The notes under the pieces were generated by a model. It searched no databases. It had not been told where the DNA came from and saw only the letters and a program-made list of their open reading frames with translations. This document shows, in pieces, positions 28,473 to 38,470 of a stretch of 64,000 nucleotides of DNA (positions are counted from its first letter, which is position 1; the number at the start of each line of letters is the position of its first letter). This stretch comes from a virus, in the IMG/VR virus record IMGVR_UViG_3300030406_002001, positions 3,850-67,849 of that record. One strand, given 5' to 3'. Position numbers and translations under genes: made by a program.

Positions 28473-28909
28473 TGTTTGACAATTTAGAAGATTTAAAAGA
28501 CCGGATCAAAACCCATGAAGGGTACTGTGATACAGTTTATAAAGATACACTTGGTAAAAGAACCATAGGATATGGACACCTCTGCACAGATGATGAAGAA
28601 TGGGAAGATGGCAAAGCATACAGTATGAGCTATCTTAACGATATATTCGAAATAGATTTTAATGAAGCAGTAAACCAAGCAGAAAAATTAATTGGAGATA
28701 CTATCATTAAAAACAAAGCAGCAGAAATTATAGTTGAAATGGTTTTCCAATTAGGTATGGGTGGTGTAAGTAAATTTAAAAAAATGTGGGCAGCATTGCA
28801 AAATCAAGATTATGAGGAAGCATCTGTGCAAATGTTAGATTCTAAATGGGCAAAACAAACACCAAATAGAGCACAAGATTTAGCTGCTATAATGAAAAGT
28901 GTTAGTTAA
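28472..28909 (+). CDS. Endolysin, GH24 lysozyme
   Basis: HEG...YKDTLGKRTIGYGH, MLDSKWAKQTPNRA. Confidence 0.9.
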   Translation: MFDNLEDLKDRIKTHEGYCDTVYKDTLGKRTIGYGHLCTDDEEWEDGKAYSMSYLNDIFEIDFNEAVNQAEKLIGDTIIKNKAAEIIVEMVFQLGMGGVSKFKKMWAALQNQDYEEASVQMLDSKWAKQTPNRAQDLAAIMKSVS

Positions 28910-29366
28910 ATAAATAAGTAAATTCCCAAAATAAAAACCCAACTGCACTACCAACTACTGCAATAATAATTAACATATCTCTTCTTCTTTTTTTTTCTTG
29001 TATTTGTCGTTTAATTGCATCTTTGTGTTCTTTTCTTTGTCTTGCTATTTCTTTTTGTAATGCTTCCCATTGTGTTAATCCATCTGGTGCATATAATAAA
29101 AATATTTCTCTTAATTGATTTCTCATTTTTTCTATTTCCATTTTTCTTAAATGAGCTGCAATAGCATTTTGTTCTATACTACTAAACTTACCAAACATAC
29201 TTTTACCTTTATTGCTAGAATGTGTATCTATATGTGATTCTGCTTCTGCCCATTTCATAATAGGACTAGCTAATTCTGTTAAATCTTTACCTACTTTTAC
29301 ACCTTGTTGTATTAAAGATATTGCAGATTTAGTAGCTGCAAATGCTGTAATTGGATCGATTAACAT
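28902..29366 (-). CDS. Coiled-coil protein with C-terminal TM
   Basis: IDPITAFA start; homologous to 62369-62848. Confidence 0.7.
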   Translation of the reverse strand: MLIDPITAFAATKSAISLIQQGVKVGKDLTELASPIMKWAEAESHIDTHSSNKGKSMFGKFSSIEQNAIAAHLRKMEIEKMRNQLREIFLLYAPDGLTQWEALQKEIARQRKEHKDAIKRQIQEKKRRRDMLIIIAVVGSAVGFLFWEFTYLFN

Positions 29367-29372
29367 TACCCC

Positions 29373-29645
29373 TCACTTTTTCTTTTTATGCCTTGCTGCA
29401 AATTTTCTTGCTGCTTCCACACTTCCAAACCCCCATTTTTTAAGTGCTAATGCTTTTCTTGTTGGTCTACCTTTCTTATCTTTCATAGGACCTTTCATCC
29501 CTGCAAACCGAGCAGCAAAACTAACTCGTCTTGGATTAGTTCCTTTTTTTACAGGAGGTTTTAAATTAGCACCTTCTTTTCTTTTAAAGTATTTTCTACC
29601 TGCTGCTGTCAATCCTCCTGTTTTACTTTTATGTATTTTTTTCAT
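29373..29645 (-). CDS. Basic protein, DUF6321-like
   Basis: GGLTAAGR, LKPPVK, RRVSFAARF, ALKKW; homologous to 53471-53773. Confidence 0.7.
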   Translation of the reverse strand: MKKIHKSKTGGLTAAGRKYFKRKEGANLKPPVKKGTNPRRVSFAARFAGMKGPMKDKKGRPTRKALALKKWGFGSVEAARKFAARHKKKK

Positions 29646-29646
29646 A

Positions 29647-29847
29647 TTATATATCTAATATTTTAAAAAACAATGTTATCAATACTCCCATAATAGACAA
29701 AGTTGATCCCATTATTAATATCTCAAGTCTTTTAACTCGATAATCTAGTTTATCTAATAATGTTTGAACCATAGTCCTATACATAGCACACTCTTTTTCA
29801 TGTGCTTTCATTTCTGATTTCAAACTGCTGTATGATTGTCTAGCCAT
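29647..29847 (-). CDS. XhlA-like small membrane protein
   Basis: AHEKECAMYR coiled coil plus C-terminal TM; homologous to 62848-63042. Confidence 0.6.
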   Translation of the reverse strand: MARQSYSSLKSEMKAHEKECAMYRTMVQTLLDKLDYRVKRLEILIMGSTLSIMGVLITLFFKILDI

Positions 29848-30143
29848 TATTTAGGTTTCTCTGGCATAGTAACAGCTTTAGCTTTATCTACTGTGTCTAC
29901 ATCTTTAGTTATATCTCTTAACTTTTGTCTATATGTTTTCCAAGCATCTGACATAGTTAAATCAGACATACCCATCCAATCACATTCAGCAAGAAGGTTA
30001 GTTCTTTCTTCACGAATACTAACCATAAGTCTGTCATACTCACCATCAGCCCATTCTTTATCTCTTGCTTCCAGTTCTTTAATTTCATCGGCAGTAAGTT
30101 TTACCTCAACACCATTGACCATTTTAGTTTTATAAATAGACAT
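29847..30143 (-). CDS. Tail fibre assembly chaperone
   Basis: IREERTNLLAECDW...WKTYRQKLRDI...PEKP; 93/98 aa identical to 63042-63338. Confidence 0.85.
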   Translation of the reverse strand: MSIYKTKMVNGVEVKLTADEIKELEARDKEWADGEYDRLMVSIREERTNLLAECDWMGMSDLTMSDAWKTYRQKLRDITKDVDTVDKAKAVTMPEKPK

Positions 30144-30155
30144 ATTACCTCCTTT

Positions 30156-30791
30156 CTATTTTACAATTCCATAAACTGTTACTGTTCCAAATGATTCATA
30201 TTTTGTTGTTGTATGATTTAGTGAACTACCACTTCCACCATTACCTATTCCTAACATAAATGAAATAGTATCGTAAGATGTATTTGCAGTAGCAAGGTTC
30301 ATACCTATTTCATAATAATCTGTATTTGTAGTTCCATGTAATAATGAATTAAATATTACACACATTGGGTCTGTACTTACTTGTGGATTTAAAACATCAC
30401 AATACCCAGAAACATACATATCCTCATTTGCTTGAAAATTTTGAGCAAGTGTTCCTATATCATATCCATCACCATATAATACAGCGTGTTGATTTGCATC
30501 TGCTTGTGTGTAATGTAATGTATGTTTAATAGTTGTTGAACCTGTTGTACCTACACTACCACTACTTCCAAATCTAAATAATAATGCACCATTTCCAGCA
30601 TTAGATGTGCTAAGCTTTTCTCTTATATTATAATAAATTCTGTAATTTGTATAAGTAGAAGTAAAAACATTTGCAAAAACAAATCCTTCTGTTGCTTCTG
30701 AACCACTTGCTATTGTTGTTGATGATATTTTTACTAAACCACCTGTACTTACATCAGCGAGTGTTCTTGCATTTGCTCTAATTATTGCCAT
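30156..30791 (-). CDS. Tail fibre/receptor-binding module, variant 1
   Basis: Ser/Thr/Gly beta protein, GGLVK...YGIVK. Confidence 0.7.
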   Translation of the reverse strand: MAIIRANARTLADVSTGGLVKISSTTIASGSEATEGFVFANVFTSTYTNYRIYYNIREKLSTSNAGNGALLFRFGSSGSVGTTGSTTIKHTLHYTQADANQHAVLYGDGYDIGTLAQNFQANEDMYVSGYCDVLNPQVSTDPMCVIFNSLLHGTTNTDYYEIGMNLATANTSYDTISFMLGIGNGGSGSSLNHTTTKYESFGTVTVYGIVK

Positions 30792-30859
30792 TATTTTAAA
30801 ACTCCATATAAAACAGCATTACCTGCACTCATATTAGAACTTGCATGATAATATTTAAT
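30739..30859. repeat. Long direct repeat copy 1 (extent beyond 30859 unknown)
   Basis: Matches 63880-64000 with 3 substitutions, all in the first 35 bp. Confidence 0.95.
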
Positions 30860-31852
30860 TGCATCTATTCCTGTTGTTGTTCCTAAACCTATTACACCAT
30901 GTGCAACTACCACAGATGATGCATTATTCCATCCTGTTTGTAAATATTCAATAGCAACTCGTGAACCATTACTAACATTTCTTGGGTCATGAATTATTAT
31001 ATTACCTCTATATCCATGTGATTCACCAAAACTACCTAAAAGTTTACCATAACTACCATTTGATACACCATAAGTATTTACATTATTATTTGGTCTACCA
31101 GTAACTGCACACCAATAATATGCTGTATTATAATAACTGCTTTGATTAACACCTTTTATTTCGCATCTTATTTCACCAGTACCTGTTGCATGAGAGTGTG
31201 ATATAATAAGTGTTTGATACGTTGCACCATAAGCATATAATCCTGTAAATTCAATAAAGCTTTGATTAGTTGAATCTGTAACCTCTGCAAGTTTAACTAA
31301 ACCACCTGCACTAGCAAATTCCATTTGTCCTACTGCTGTAGCACCACTACCTGTTATACTTTTTACTTTAAGAAACTTATCTGCTGTAGGTGAATTGTCT
31401 GGTAACTTTAATGTCCAACTTTGTCCTGCTGAGTGGTCTGGACTCTTTAACTTTACTCCATGACTGTTTACCTCACAATTTAATTGTATTGCTCCCCCTT
31501 CACCACCTGCTCCTTTTGATATAAGTGTAGGTGCAGTAGCTAACTTATCATTCGTTACAGTATTATCACTTGGTGTTCCTATATTAAGAACATCACCTAA
31601 TACTATAATAAAATTTATTACATCACCTGTAACCAAATTACTTGCAAAAGTAATTGTATGATTTGAAATTGTAAAAGAACTGCCGGGATTTTGAATTATA
31701 CCATTAAGACTAACAAGCATGTGATTTGCACTTGCAGGACTAAAATTTGCAGAGTCTTTTTGCATAGTATATGATGCTTGACCATTAACAACAGATATGG
31801 TGTCTAGCTTTATAAAGTTTCCTGTTATAGGTTGATTTCCAATATAGGGCAT
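30791..31852 (-). CDS. Tail fibre protein
   Basis: MPYIGNQP start, LNGIIQNP, IQLNCEVNSHGVKLKSP, GGLVK...YGVLK. Confidence 0.75.
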   Translation of the reverse strand: MPYIGNQPITGNFIKLDTISVVNGQASYTMQKDSANFSPASANHMLVSLNGIIQNPGSSFTISNHTITFASNLVTGDVINFIIVLGDVLNIGTPSDNTVTNDKLATAPTLISKGAGGEGGAIQLNCEVNSHGVKLKSPDHSAGQSWTLKLPDNSPTADKFLKVKSITGSGATAVGQMEFASAGGLVKLAEVTDSTNQSFIEFTGLYAYGATYQTLIISHSHATGTGEIRCEIKGVNQSSYYNTAYYWCAVTGRPNNNVNTYGVSNGSYGKLLGSFGESHGYRGNIIIHDPRNVSNGSRVAIEYLQTGWNNASSVVVAHGVIGLGTTTGIDAIKYYHASSNMSAGNAVLYGVLK

Positions 31853-32355
31853 TAGTTTGCTACCTCCAACCAAATAACTGTACTAGGTGAACCTGAGTAA
31901 TTATTATTATTACTTCTATTAATTCGTAATATTGTATTGTTGCCTCCAGTTGAAACTTTACCTTGACATTTAACTGGTATTGCTGAACCATCAGTATTTG
32001 TAATACTTGTAAATATTGTTGAAGGCATATATGCATTATTATTTAATGATGTACTATTGTAAAAAACATGAGTTGCTACTGGTGTAGTTGATGTTGTTGA
32101 TAAAAAATCAGAACCATCTATTACCCATTTATAAAATAAATATGTATTAGTTCCACCATCAAAATTTGCAACACCAGATATAAGAACAATACTATTTGAA
32201 CTTGATGGTGTAAAACTACCAAAATCTAAATCATCTGCATAGGAAGTTGCACTTGCCCTTTCAGAGTTTTCTGTTATTTGTGTAATTTTATGACTCAATA
32301 GTTTTCCTCCAACACCTGTTGATAATGAACTTGCTAATATTTTACTTAATGGCAT
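31852..32355 (-). CDS. Tail fibre/receptor-binding module
   Basis: MPLSKI start, GGKLL...FTPSSSNSIVLI...LEVAN. Confidence 0.7.
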   Translation of the reverse strand: MPLSKILASSLSTGVGGKLLSHKITQITENSERASATSYADDLDFGSFTPSSSNSIVLISGVANFDGGTNTYLFYKWVIDGSDFLSTTSTTPVATHVFYNSTSLNNNAYMPSTIFTSITNTDGSAIPVKCQGKVSTGGNNTILRINRSNNNNYSGSPSTVIWLEVAN

Positions 32356-32358
32356 AAT

Positions 32359-32634
32359 CTATTCCTTTGGGTATTTGTCCTTAACTGTTTTTATTGTTTT
32401 TTTCCAACCATCTATTCCATTATGATATATATCATCTAATTGGTCTGGTATAGATGGATATTCTAATTCCCTTTTATATTGATACTCATTAGGGTCTTTC
32501 CAAGCATTAACCTTTGTCCAATCTATAGTAACTAATTTACCATCTTTGTCTTTTGCAACTATTGTTTTTTCTGTATTGCCATCAATAGAAATTACTGAAT
32601 TGTGTATTGCTCGTATAGCTTTATGATAATCCAT
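32359..32634 (-). CDS. Tail fibre chaperone-like protein
   Basis: YQYKRELEYPSIPDQLD...VKDKYPK. Confidence 0.65.
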   Translation of the reverse strand: MDYHKAIRAIHNSVISIDGNTEKTIVAKDKDGKLVTIDWTKVNAWKDPNEYQYKRELEYPSIPDQLDDIYHNGIDGWKKTIKTVKDKYPKE

Positions 32635-33470
32635 TATGCAGATACCTCTTGTGCTGTTAAAGAACTTGTGCCGCCGACTATTAGAGCATCATTTTGATTG
32701 CCATTAGGTCTATTAAGATTAAATGTTTCCCCACCTCGTACATATACTTGTAGTTTATATGTTATAGCATTTGTGGTTGAAGGTGTATCTAAAAGTTCAA
32801 ATCCAGAAGTATATATTTTATATTGTCCATTAGCTGAATGGGGTGTATTAAATCCAAAAGAAGCTTTTACTTGACTACTCAAAGATACTGCTGTTGATTG
32901 CCCTATATGTGTTGAATCTCTCAGAACGTTTATTCCACCATACATATTAGCCGTTCCACCATGTTGCATTACAACACGAATAAGTATTTTATTACTACTA
33001 GATGCTGGTGTAATAGAAAGTGTCATTCCAGTAATATCAACAAATGAACCACTTGTAGTAGAAAAAGTATCAGTTTTAAATGCTTGTACTACTTGTAATA
33101 TTTTACCTCCACCAGCTTCTGCAAAACTATTATCACCTCTTAAAAATGTTGTACTGTTTTTTGTACCTGTTGCTGACAACTGTGCTATTCCAACACTACC
33201 ACTTGCAGGATTAATTGTACCTACGGCTCTTCCTATATATACACAGTACATATCATCTGTACCTGCTGTCGCCTCTGTGAGCGTCAAACTTGTACCAGAA
33301 GCCGAATATGCTGTGGTAGGTTCTTGTCTTACATTATTAATAAATAAAGCAATATCATTAGCATTAGTTACAGATTGAGATAACGTATAACTTGTTGTAG
33401 CACTTACAGAAAAATCTTGTTTAACAAGTGATTGTGATGATGTTGTAGGTGCAGAACCAAGATAAGGCAT
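32634..33470 (-). CDS. Tail fibre protein
   Basis: MPYLGSAP, INNVRQEP, TTFLRGD, GGKILQVV...ITPASSSNKILI...QEVSA. Confidence 0.75.
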   Translation of the reverse strand: MPYLGSAPTTSSQSLVKQDFSVSATTSYTLSQSVTNANDIALFINNVRQEPTTAYSASGTSLTLTEATAGTDDMYCVYIGRAVGTINPASGSVGIAQLSATGTKNSTTFLRGDNSFAEAGGGKILQVVQAFKTDTFSTTSGSFVDITGMTLSITPASSSNKILIRVVMQHGGTANMYGGINVLRDSTHIGQSTAVSLSSQVKASFGFNTPHSANGQYKIYTSGFELLDTPSTTNAITYKLQVYVRGGETFNLNRPNGNQNDALIVGGTSSLTAQEVSA

Positions 33471-33814
33471 TAGGTTATCTCCATAATTGACAATGCAACA
33501 TCTAATGCCGTTGCGGCACTTGCTTGTGCTTTAATAACATCAGTAGTTTGCACGACAACTTTTTGTCCTCCAAACACCTCAAGTGTAGTATTAGCAGGGA
33601 TATCTACTCCTTTTAGTAAAAAAACATCTGCATTTGTTTCTGTATCATTTGTATTACTTACTAATTGTACATCTGCAGTTATTGCACTTGACGTTTTATT
33701 ACTTAATGCCATACCTAAAACAACAGTACTTGTGTTTGAAGGCACAGTATATATTGTATCTAACGAACTATTACTTACACTTGCTTTTGTTTTTACTTTA
33801 AATGTATTTGCCAT
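33470..33814 (-). CDS. Tail fibre adaptor-like protein
   Basis: MANTFK...IYTVPS...SIMEIT directly after the fibre anchor. Confidence 0.55.
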   Translation of the reverse strand: MANTFKVKTKASVSNSSLDTIYTVPSNTSTVVLGMALSNKTSSAITADVQLVSNTNDTETNADVFLLKGVDIPANTTLEVFGGQKVVVQTTDVIKAQASAATALDVALSIMEIT

Positions 33815-33827
33815 AATGTTTCCTATA

Positions 33828-34661
33828 CTATCCTAAAGCAATAGCTAATGCAACAGGGTCGGGTGCAGTATTAGTAATTGTTACTGTATCTGTTGCACTT
33901 ACTGCTACTTGCATATTTGTTCCTGCAGTAAATGTTAATGTATTTCCATCTGTTATAGTTTGTGTGTTTGACCCATCAGAAATAGTAAAAGTATCAAAAC
34001 TACCACTACCTGCCGGACCTGTTGCTCCTGTTGCACCTTGTGGTATACCAAGTGATAAAACACCTGTTGCTGAATTATATGATGCTGTAGCTGAAGCACC
34101 TGCAGATAATGTACTAACTGTAACACCACCTCCTAATGGTTGTGAACTTACAGCAACATTGCCGTCTGTATCAAACGATAATATTTTATTTGCTCTAGTT
34201 GCTTTTACAGGTAAAAAAGTTGAAACAGCAACAGTATCATAATCATATAATTTTATACTTCTACTACTTTGTTGGTCTACATCTGCAATCATAGATGCAA
34301 ATTTATCTTGTTGTGTGTTAAGCGCAGTAACATCAAATGTTCCATTTACAGGAAAATCACTTGTTCTTTCAATTGGTGTTTCTCTAATTATTACAACTAT
34401 ATCACCTGCTGTAAGTCCTGCACCAAATGAAACTGTACCACCGTCACCAAACTCATAAGCACTATCTGTTGTACTTGATGTGCCTGTTACTTTGTATGTA
34501 GTATTTGTAGAAGCACTACTATTAAATGTCATTAGTGCTGTATTTTTATATACTTTTAAATCTGTAATATTAAAAAATTCAAAAGGTACAGTAAACGCAG
34601 TTTGATTACTTGAAGCTGTATAGCTTACTCGAGGTGTATTATTTGCACTAAGTATTGTCAT
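33828..34661 (-). CDS. Tail fibre anchor (T7 gp17 N-terminal domain)
   Basis: TAFTVPFEFF, IIRETP, ALNTQQD; short collagen-like GATGATGPAG; ends ALAIALG. Confidence 0.85.
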   Translation of the reverse strand: MTILSANNTPRVSYTASSNQTAFTVPFEFFNITDLKVYKNTALMTFNSSASTNTTYKVTGTSSTTDSAYEFGDGGTVSFGAGLTAGDIVVIIRETPIERTSDFPVNGTFDVTALNTQQDKFASMIADVDQQSSRSIKLYDYDTVAVSTFLPVKATRANKILSFDTDGNVAVSSQPLGGGVTVSTLSAGASATASYNSATGVLSLGIPQGATGATGPAGSGSFDTFTISDGSNTQTITDGNTLTFTAGTNMQVAVSATDTVTITNTAPDPVALAIALG

Positions 34662-37600
34662 TCTTTTATTGTTTCTCTTACTATATCTCTATATGTTTGG
34701 TCCCAAAGCCATAGACTATTAAGTGGCACCATTCTTTGTATCATATCAACTCTTTCATTATAAGTAAGATTACCACTTCCAAAAGCATAAATCAAATCTG
34801 CAAATAATCCCGGCCCTGCACCTATAACTTCACCAACTGCGTCCATTTCATTTGCTCTACCAAATCTACCTTCTAAACCTAGTGCGGCTCGTGCTCCTAC
34901 CATATGTCCTGTTGTGCCCTCACTTATAGTTTCCATCATAAAATTCATATCTCCAAATAATGCTAATACACCCGATAATTCGACACCTCTTAAGATTTTT
35001 TCTTCTGTTTCTTTTTGTGCATAATATCTTGGATTTTTCAAATAATCACCTAACATACCCATAGATATTAATGCTGTTATACCACCCACTCTATTTACTT
35101 CTCTGTTTTGTGCAAGAGAAATTAAAACTTTTCTATTTGCCGCTATACCCCAACTAAAAAATTGAAATGGTAATCCAAGCCAAGCATTACTAAATTTACC
35201 ACCTAATTCTGTTTTTTGAAAACCCATTGTTCTAAACACAGGATTATCAAACCATTGCGCTAATTCTTCATTATTTAATCGTATAACTCCTGTCATCATA
35301 TTATACTGGTCTGTTGATGTAGGTGTTACAATTGTTCTTTGTGTATCACTCCATATAGCATATCCTAGTTTTCTTCTAGCATCCGCTCCACCACGTAACC
35401 CATCCCATTCCATAGCATTAGCTACTAAAGCTGAATCTCTTTTTTGTATAGGCATATTGGCGATAACATCTGCTGTTCGTTTATCTATACCATAACTAAG
35501 TAATCTTTCTTGCCCAAAATTATCAAGTTGCCCTTTATTCCATTTTATTGAATCTTCTAAAAATCTGTGCATAGCTACTAAACCTTGCATACGTTTCATA
35601 TGATGTGTCCAAGGTGCTAAACCATTTATCATATAGAATGGTGCTTGTGCTCTTTCAAAAGGTTGATTGACATATTTATCAAACTTACCACCTAATCTGC
35701 CACCTAGTGATTCACCTACATCACCAAATATTCTACGTGGTGCTGTATCTAATGTCATTTCTACAATAGGCGATAAATAATCTAATTCACGAACTTGTCT
35801 GCGATATAAGTCTAGACTTTGTAACCAAGGTCGTATTGCATATTTGTATGTATCAGAAAACCCATTGACTAATATTGGTCTTGCTAAATCTGGTAAGGCA
35901 CTAAATATTACTCTACCCATATAAGCTAAACTTGCCCAGTTTCTTAACAGTTTAGTTGTACGTTGACTAAACCCTGCAGGATTTTGTGTATTTAATATAC
36001 CCAGTATTTTATCTTTTTCATCTCTCAAATTATTAATAATCTGATTGCGTTTTGTTGAATCAATATTTTTTTCTAATAGTTTTATTTCTAAATTGTCTAA
36101 AAAATTTACCATATGCGTATCACCAAACTCTCTTGTTATTTCTACAGCGGCACCCATCCTACGAGAATATCCTCTTAAAATAAAATCTACGTCTGTTTCA
36201 ATAAAATCTTCAACTAATTCATTAGGTATATCAAATTCTCTTTGTAATAAATTACGTGTACCTACTTTGTATCTACCATCAGCATCTTTTGCATATCCCG
36301 CAACTCCTTCAATATCTTGAGCATCAACTTCAATATCCATAATATTATTATATATTTCATCTACTCTATTATTTAATTCTCTAGTTGTTAAAGCGTTACT
36401 TCTAGGCTGTGATTGTATATATTTTCTTAAAACACCTTTAAAAGCATCAACATTTTCTAATATTGCATCTCTGCGCCATATTCTTGGTAAATAATTTGGG
36501 TCATCTATGCTCTTTTTAGGTAAATCTTCTATATTTTGCCTACGTTTTGCCTCATTTTCTAGTTTTTGTGCTATTTGTTGTAATCTTTTCTTAGATTCTA
36601 AACGTAGAAATGGTTTTTTTTTGTGTTGTTCTAATAATTTACGTGCAAGTTCTGCGTTTCCTGCTTTCGCCAAGCTAAAATTATTTAAACTGCCTTGGCC
36701 TTGATACATATCTAATCGTTCTATTTCTTTGTTGTAATATTTAAAGTAGTTACGCAATGTTTTTAATGAATTTTTAACTGTATTACGTACACTTGTTATT
36801 TGTATATTATCAACTAAGTCTGGATTTATTAAATATCGACCTAAATCTTCTGTATATTGTTTTTTTGATATTTTTATACTGTCTTGTCCAATAGTACTTG
36901 CATCTTCTAATTGTTGTGTAGCTTTAGAAACTAAACTATCTAATGCTAAAGAACCTCTAGCTATTTTTTGACGTATAATTCCAGAATTTTCATCAATACC
37001 AACAATTTTATTAAAATCGGCATCTATAGATTTAAGTGTTGCTATAAGTTTTGCATTGTGTGTAGTAGATAACTTCATAATAATGCTTGGGTTTGAAGCA
37101 ATACCTTGGTCTACAGCTTTTGTAACTGTACCAAAATCACCAAAAGCTAGTGCCGCCCTTTGTACAATACTTGTTATTTCTTTATTTTTTGACCCAATGT
37201 TTCTACGTGTAAAATTTAACAAAGAGCCAACATTTGTTATACCTTCTACTGCTTGAAAAAAACGATTTGTTTTTGTTTCAAAAGACACATCACTCTCTTG
37301 TGCAATATCTTTGATTACTTCTTCGTTAATACGATTTTCATATGTAGCAATAGATTCATCCTTTTTTTTCTTTGGTAAAACTTTGGCTTTCATTATTTCT
37401 TTACGTATTATAAACTTTACATACTCATCACTATTTGGAATAAGATTAGGGTTTAATGGTTTGGCACCACGTATTGGTGGTTGTAGCCATCTTCCGTCCA
37501 TATATTGTTTTTTTGCTCTTACAATATCTATTTCTAATTCATCTGTTTTTGGATTGTATTTAGCAAGTTTTCTACGTGTTTTAGCTTGATACCCATCAGG

Positions 37601-38470
37601 TACATCAGTTTGCTCTATTGTTTGTTGTTGAATAATCTGACTATTTTTAACTTTAGGATTAACTGTATTGATTTCCCTTATAACAATCGCAGGAGCATTT
37701 TTTCGATAATCTATATTTTTTAATGACCAATTAATAGATTCAAAATCTACTAATCCTTTTTGTTTATGAAATGCTCTGTTATACGCATCTATATTTTGTT
37801 TTGGTGTTTTATTATTAAGTGCTTTACGTGCAACAGGTCCTGATAACTTACCAACCATTCCCCCAATAAGACCACCAGTTATTAACCCCATACCAACAAC
37901 AGTTGCAGATTCATCAATTGTAGCTGTAGGGTCTAATGATAAGCGTATTGGTTCTGTAGCACCTACTAATGCACCCGTAGCTAATCCTGCCCTAGTTGCT
38001 CCTTTAACAAATCCAACACCTGTAGCTAAAGGAATAGGAACCCATATAAGTGGGTCAAGTAAACCTGCGGCAAACGCAGGTGTAATTCTATCCCCATCAG
38101 CTAATCTTTGTCGTCTTGTTTCATTGCGTAAAATTTGTGCACGTAATGCCATATCATGTTCTTTGTTATATACTTCACCAAATTTATCAGCATAAGGTAT
38201 AAATCTATCAAAATTATTATCAAATGGATTATATGTTGGGTCTATAGGTGCGTGGTCCCAACCATTATCATATTTATATCTATCGGCTATCTGTCCAATC
38301 CAAGACAGCATAAAATTATCTTTTATATCACTAAAATAACTTGGTCGTTGCTTATATTCTTTTGGTGCAATTGCTCTAAGATAAGATGTATTAGTAGCGT
38401 GAGTTTGTCTAATTTGTTCTTTTTGTTCTTTATTTAAATCAACATCACGAATTATTTTGTTAATTTTCAT
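34658..38470 (-). CDS. Large internal virion protein (gp16-position)
   Basis: 1270 aa, YLPRIW, FQFFSW motifs, last ejection gene before fibre. Confidence 0.75.
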   Translation of the reverse strand: MKINKIIRDVDLNKEQKEQIRQTHATNTSYLRAIAPKEYKQRPSYFSDIKDNFMLSWIGQIADRYKYDNGWDHAPIDPTYNPFDNNFDRFIPYADKFGEVYNKEHDMALRAQILRNETRRQRLADGDRITPAFAAGLLDPLIWVPIPLATGVGFVKGATRAGLATGALVGATEPIRLSLDPTATIDESATVVGMGLITGGLIGGMVGKLSGPVARKALNNKTPKQNIDAYNRAFHKQKGLVDFESINWSLKNIDYRKNAPAIVIREINTVNPKVKNSQIIQQQTIEQTDVPDGYQAKTRRKLAKYNPKTDELEIDIVRAKKQYMDGRWLQPPIRGAKPLNPNLIPNSDEYVKFIIRKEIMKAKVLPKKKKDESIATYENRINEEVIKDIAQESDVSFETKTNRFFQAVEGITNVGSLLNFTRRNIGSKNKEITSIVQRAALAFGDFGTVTKAVDQGIASNPSIIMKLSTTHNAKLIATLKSIDADFNKIVGIDENSGIIRQKIARGSLALDSLVSKATQQLEDASTIGQDSIKISKKQYTEDLGRYLINPDLVDNIQITSVRNTVKNSLKTLRNYFKYYNKEIERLDMYQGQGSLNNFSLAKAGNAELARKLLEQHKKKPFLRLESKKRLQQIAQKLENEAKRRQNIEDLPKKSIDDPNYLPRIWRRDAILENVDAFKGVLRKYIQSQPRSNALTTRELNNRVDEIYNNIMDIEVDAQDIEGVAGYAKDADGRYKVGTRNLLQREFDIPNELVEDFIETDVDFILRGYSRRMGAAVEITREFGDTHMVNFLDNLEIKLLEKNIDSTKRNQIINNLRDEKDKILGILNTQNPAGFSQRTTKLLRNWASLAYMGRVIFSALPDLARPILVNGFSDTYKYAIRPWLQSLDLYRRQVRELDYLSPIVEMTLDTAPRRIFGDVGESLGGRLGGKFDKYVNQPFERAQAPFYMINGLAPWTHHMKRMQGLVAMHRFLEDSIKWNKGQLDNFGQERLLSYGIDKRTADVIANMPIQKRDSALVANAMEWDGLRGGADARRKLGYAIWSDTQRTIVTPTSTDQYNMMTGVIRLNNEELAQWFDNPVFRTMGFQKTELGGKFSNAWLGLPFQFFSWGIAANRKVLISLAQNREVNRVGGITALISMGMLGDYLKNPRYYAQKETEEKILRGVELSGVLALFGDMNFMMETISEGTTGHMVGARAALGLEGRFGRANEMDAVGEVIGAGPGLFADLIYAFGSGNLTYNERVDMIQRMVPLNSLWLWDQTYRDIVRETIKE

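Larger units (their letters stand above)
1..30790. mobile_element. Phage A, BPP-1/T7-like podovirus genome (left end truncated; right boundary approximate)
   Basis: Complete head/packaging/nozzle set plus early, replication and lysis genes; GATC common up to 29705. Confidence 0.9.

Noticed and set aside
29847-34661. Diversity-generating retroelement, suggested by BPP-1-like structural genes and variable fibres
   Set aside because: No reverse transcriptase or Avd-like ORF, and no TR/VR pair differing only at adenines; the variants differ by whole-domain replacement
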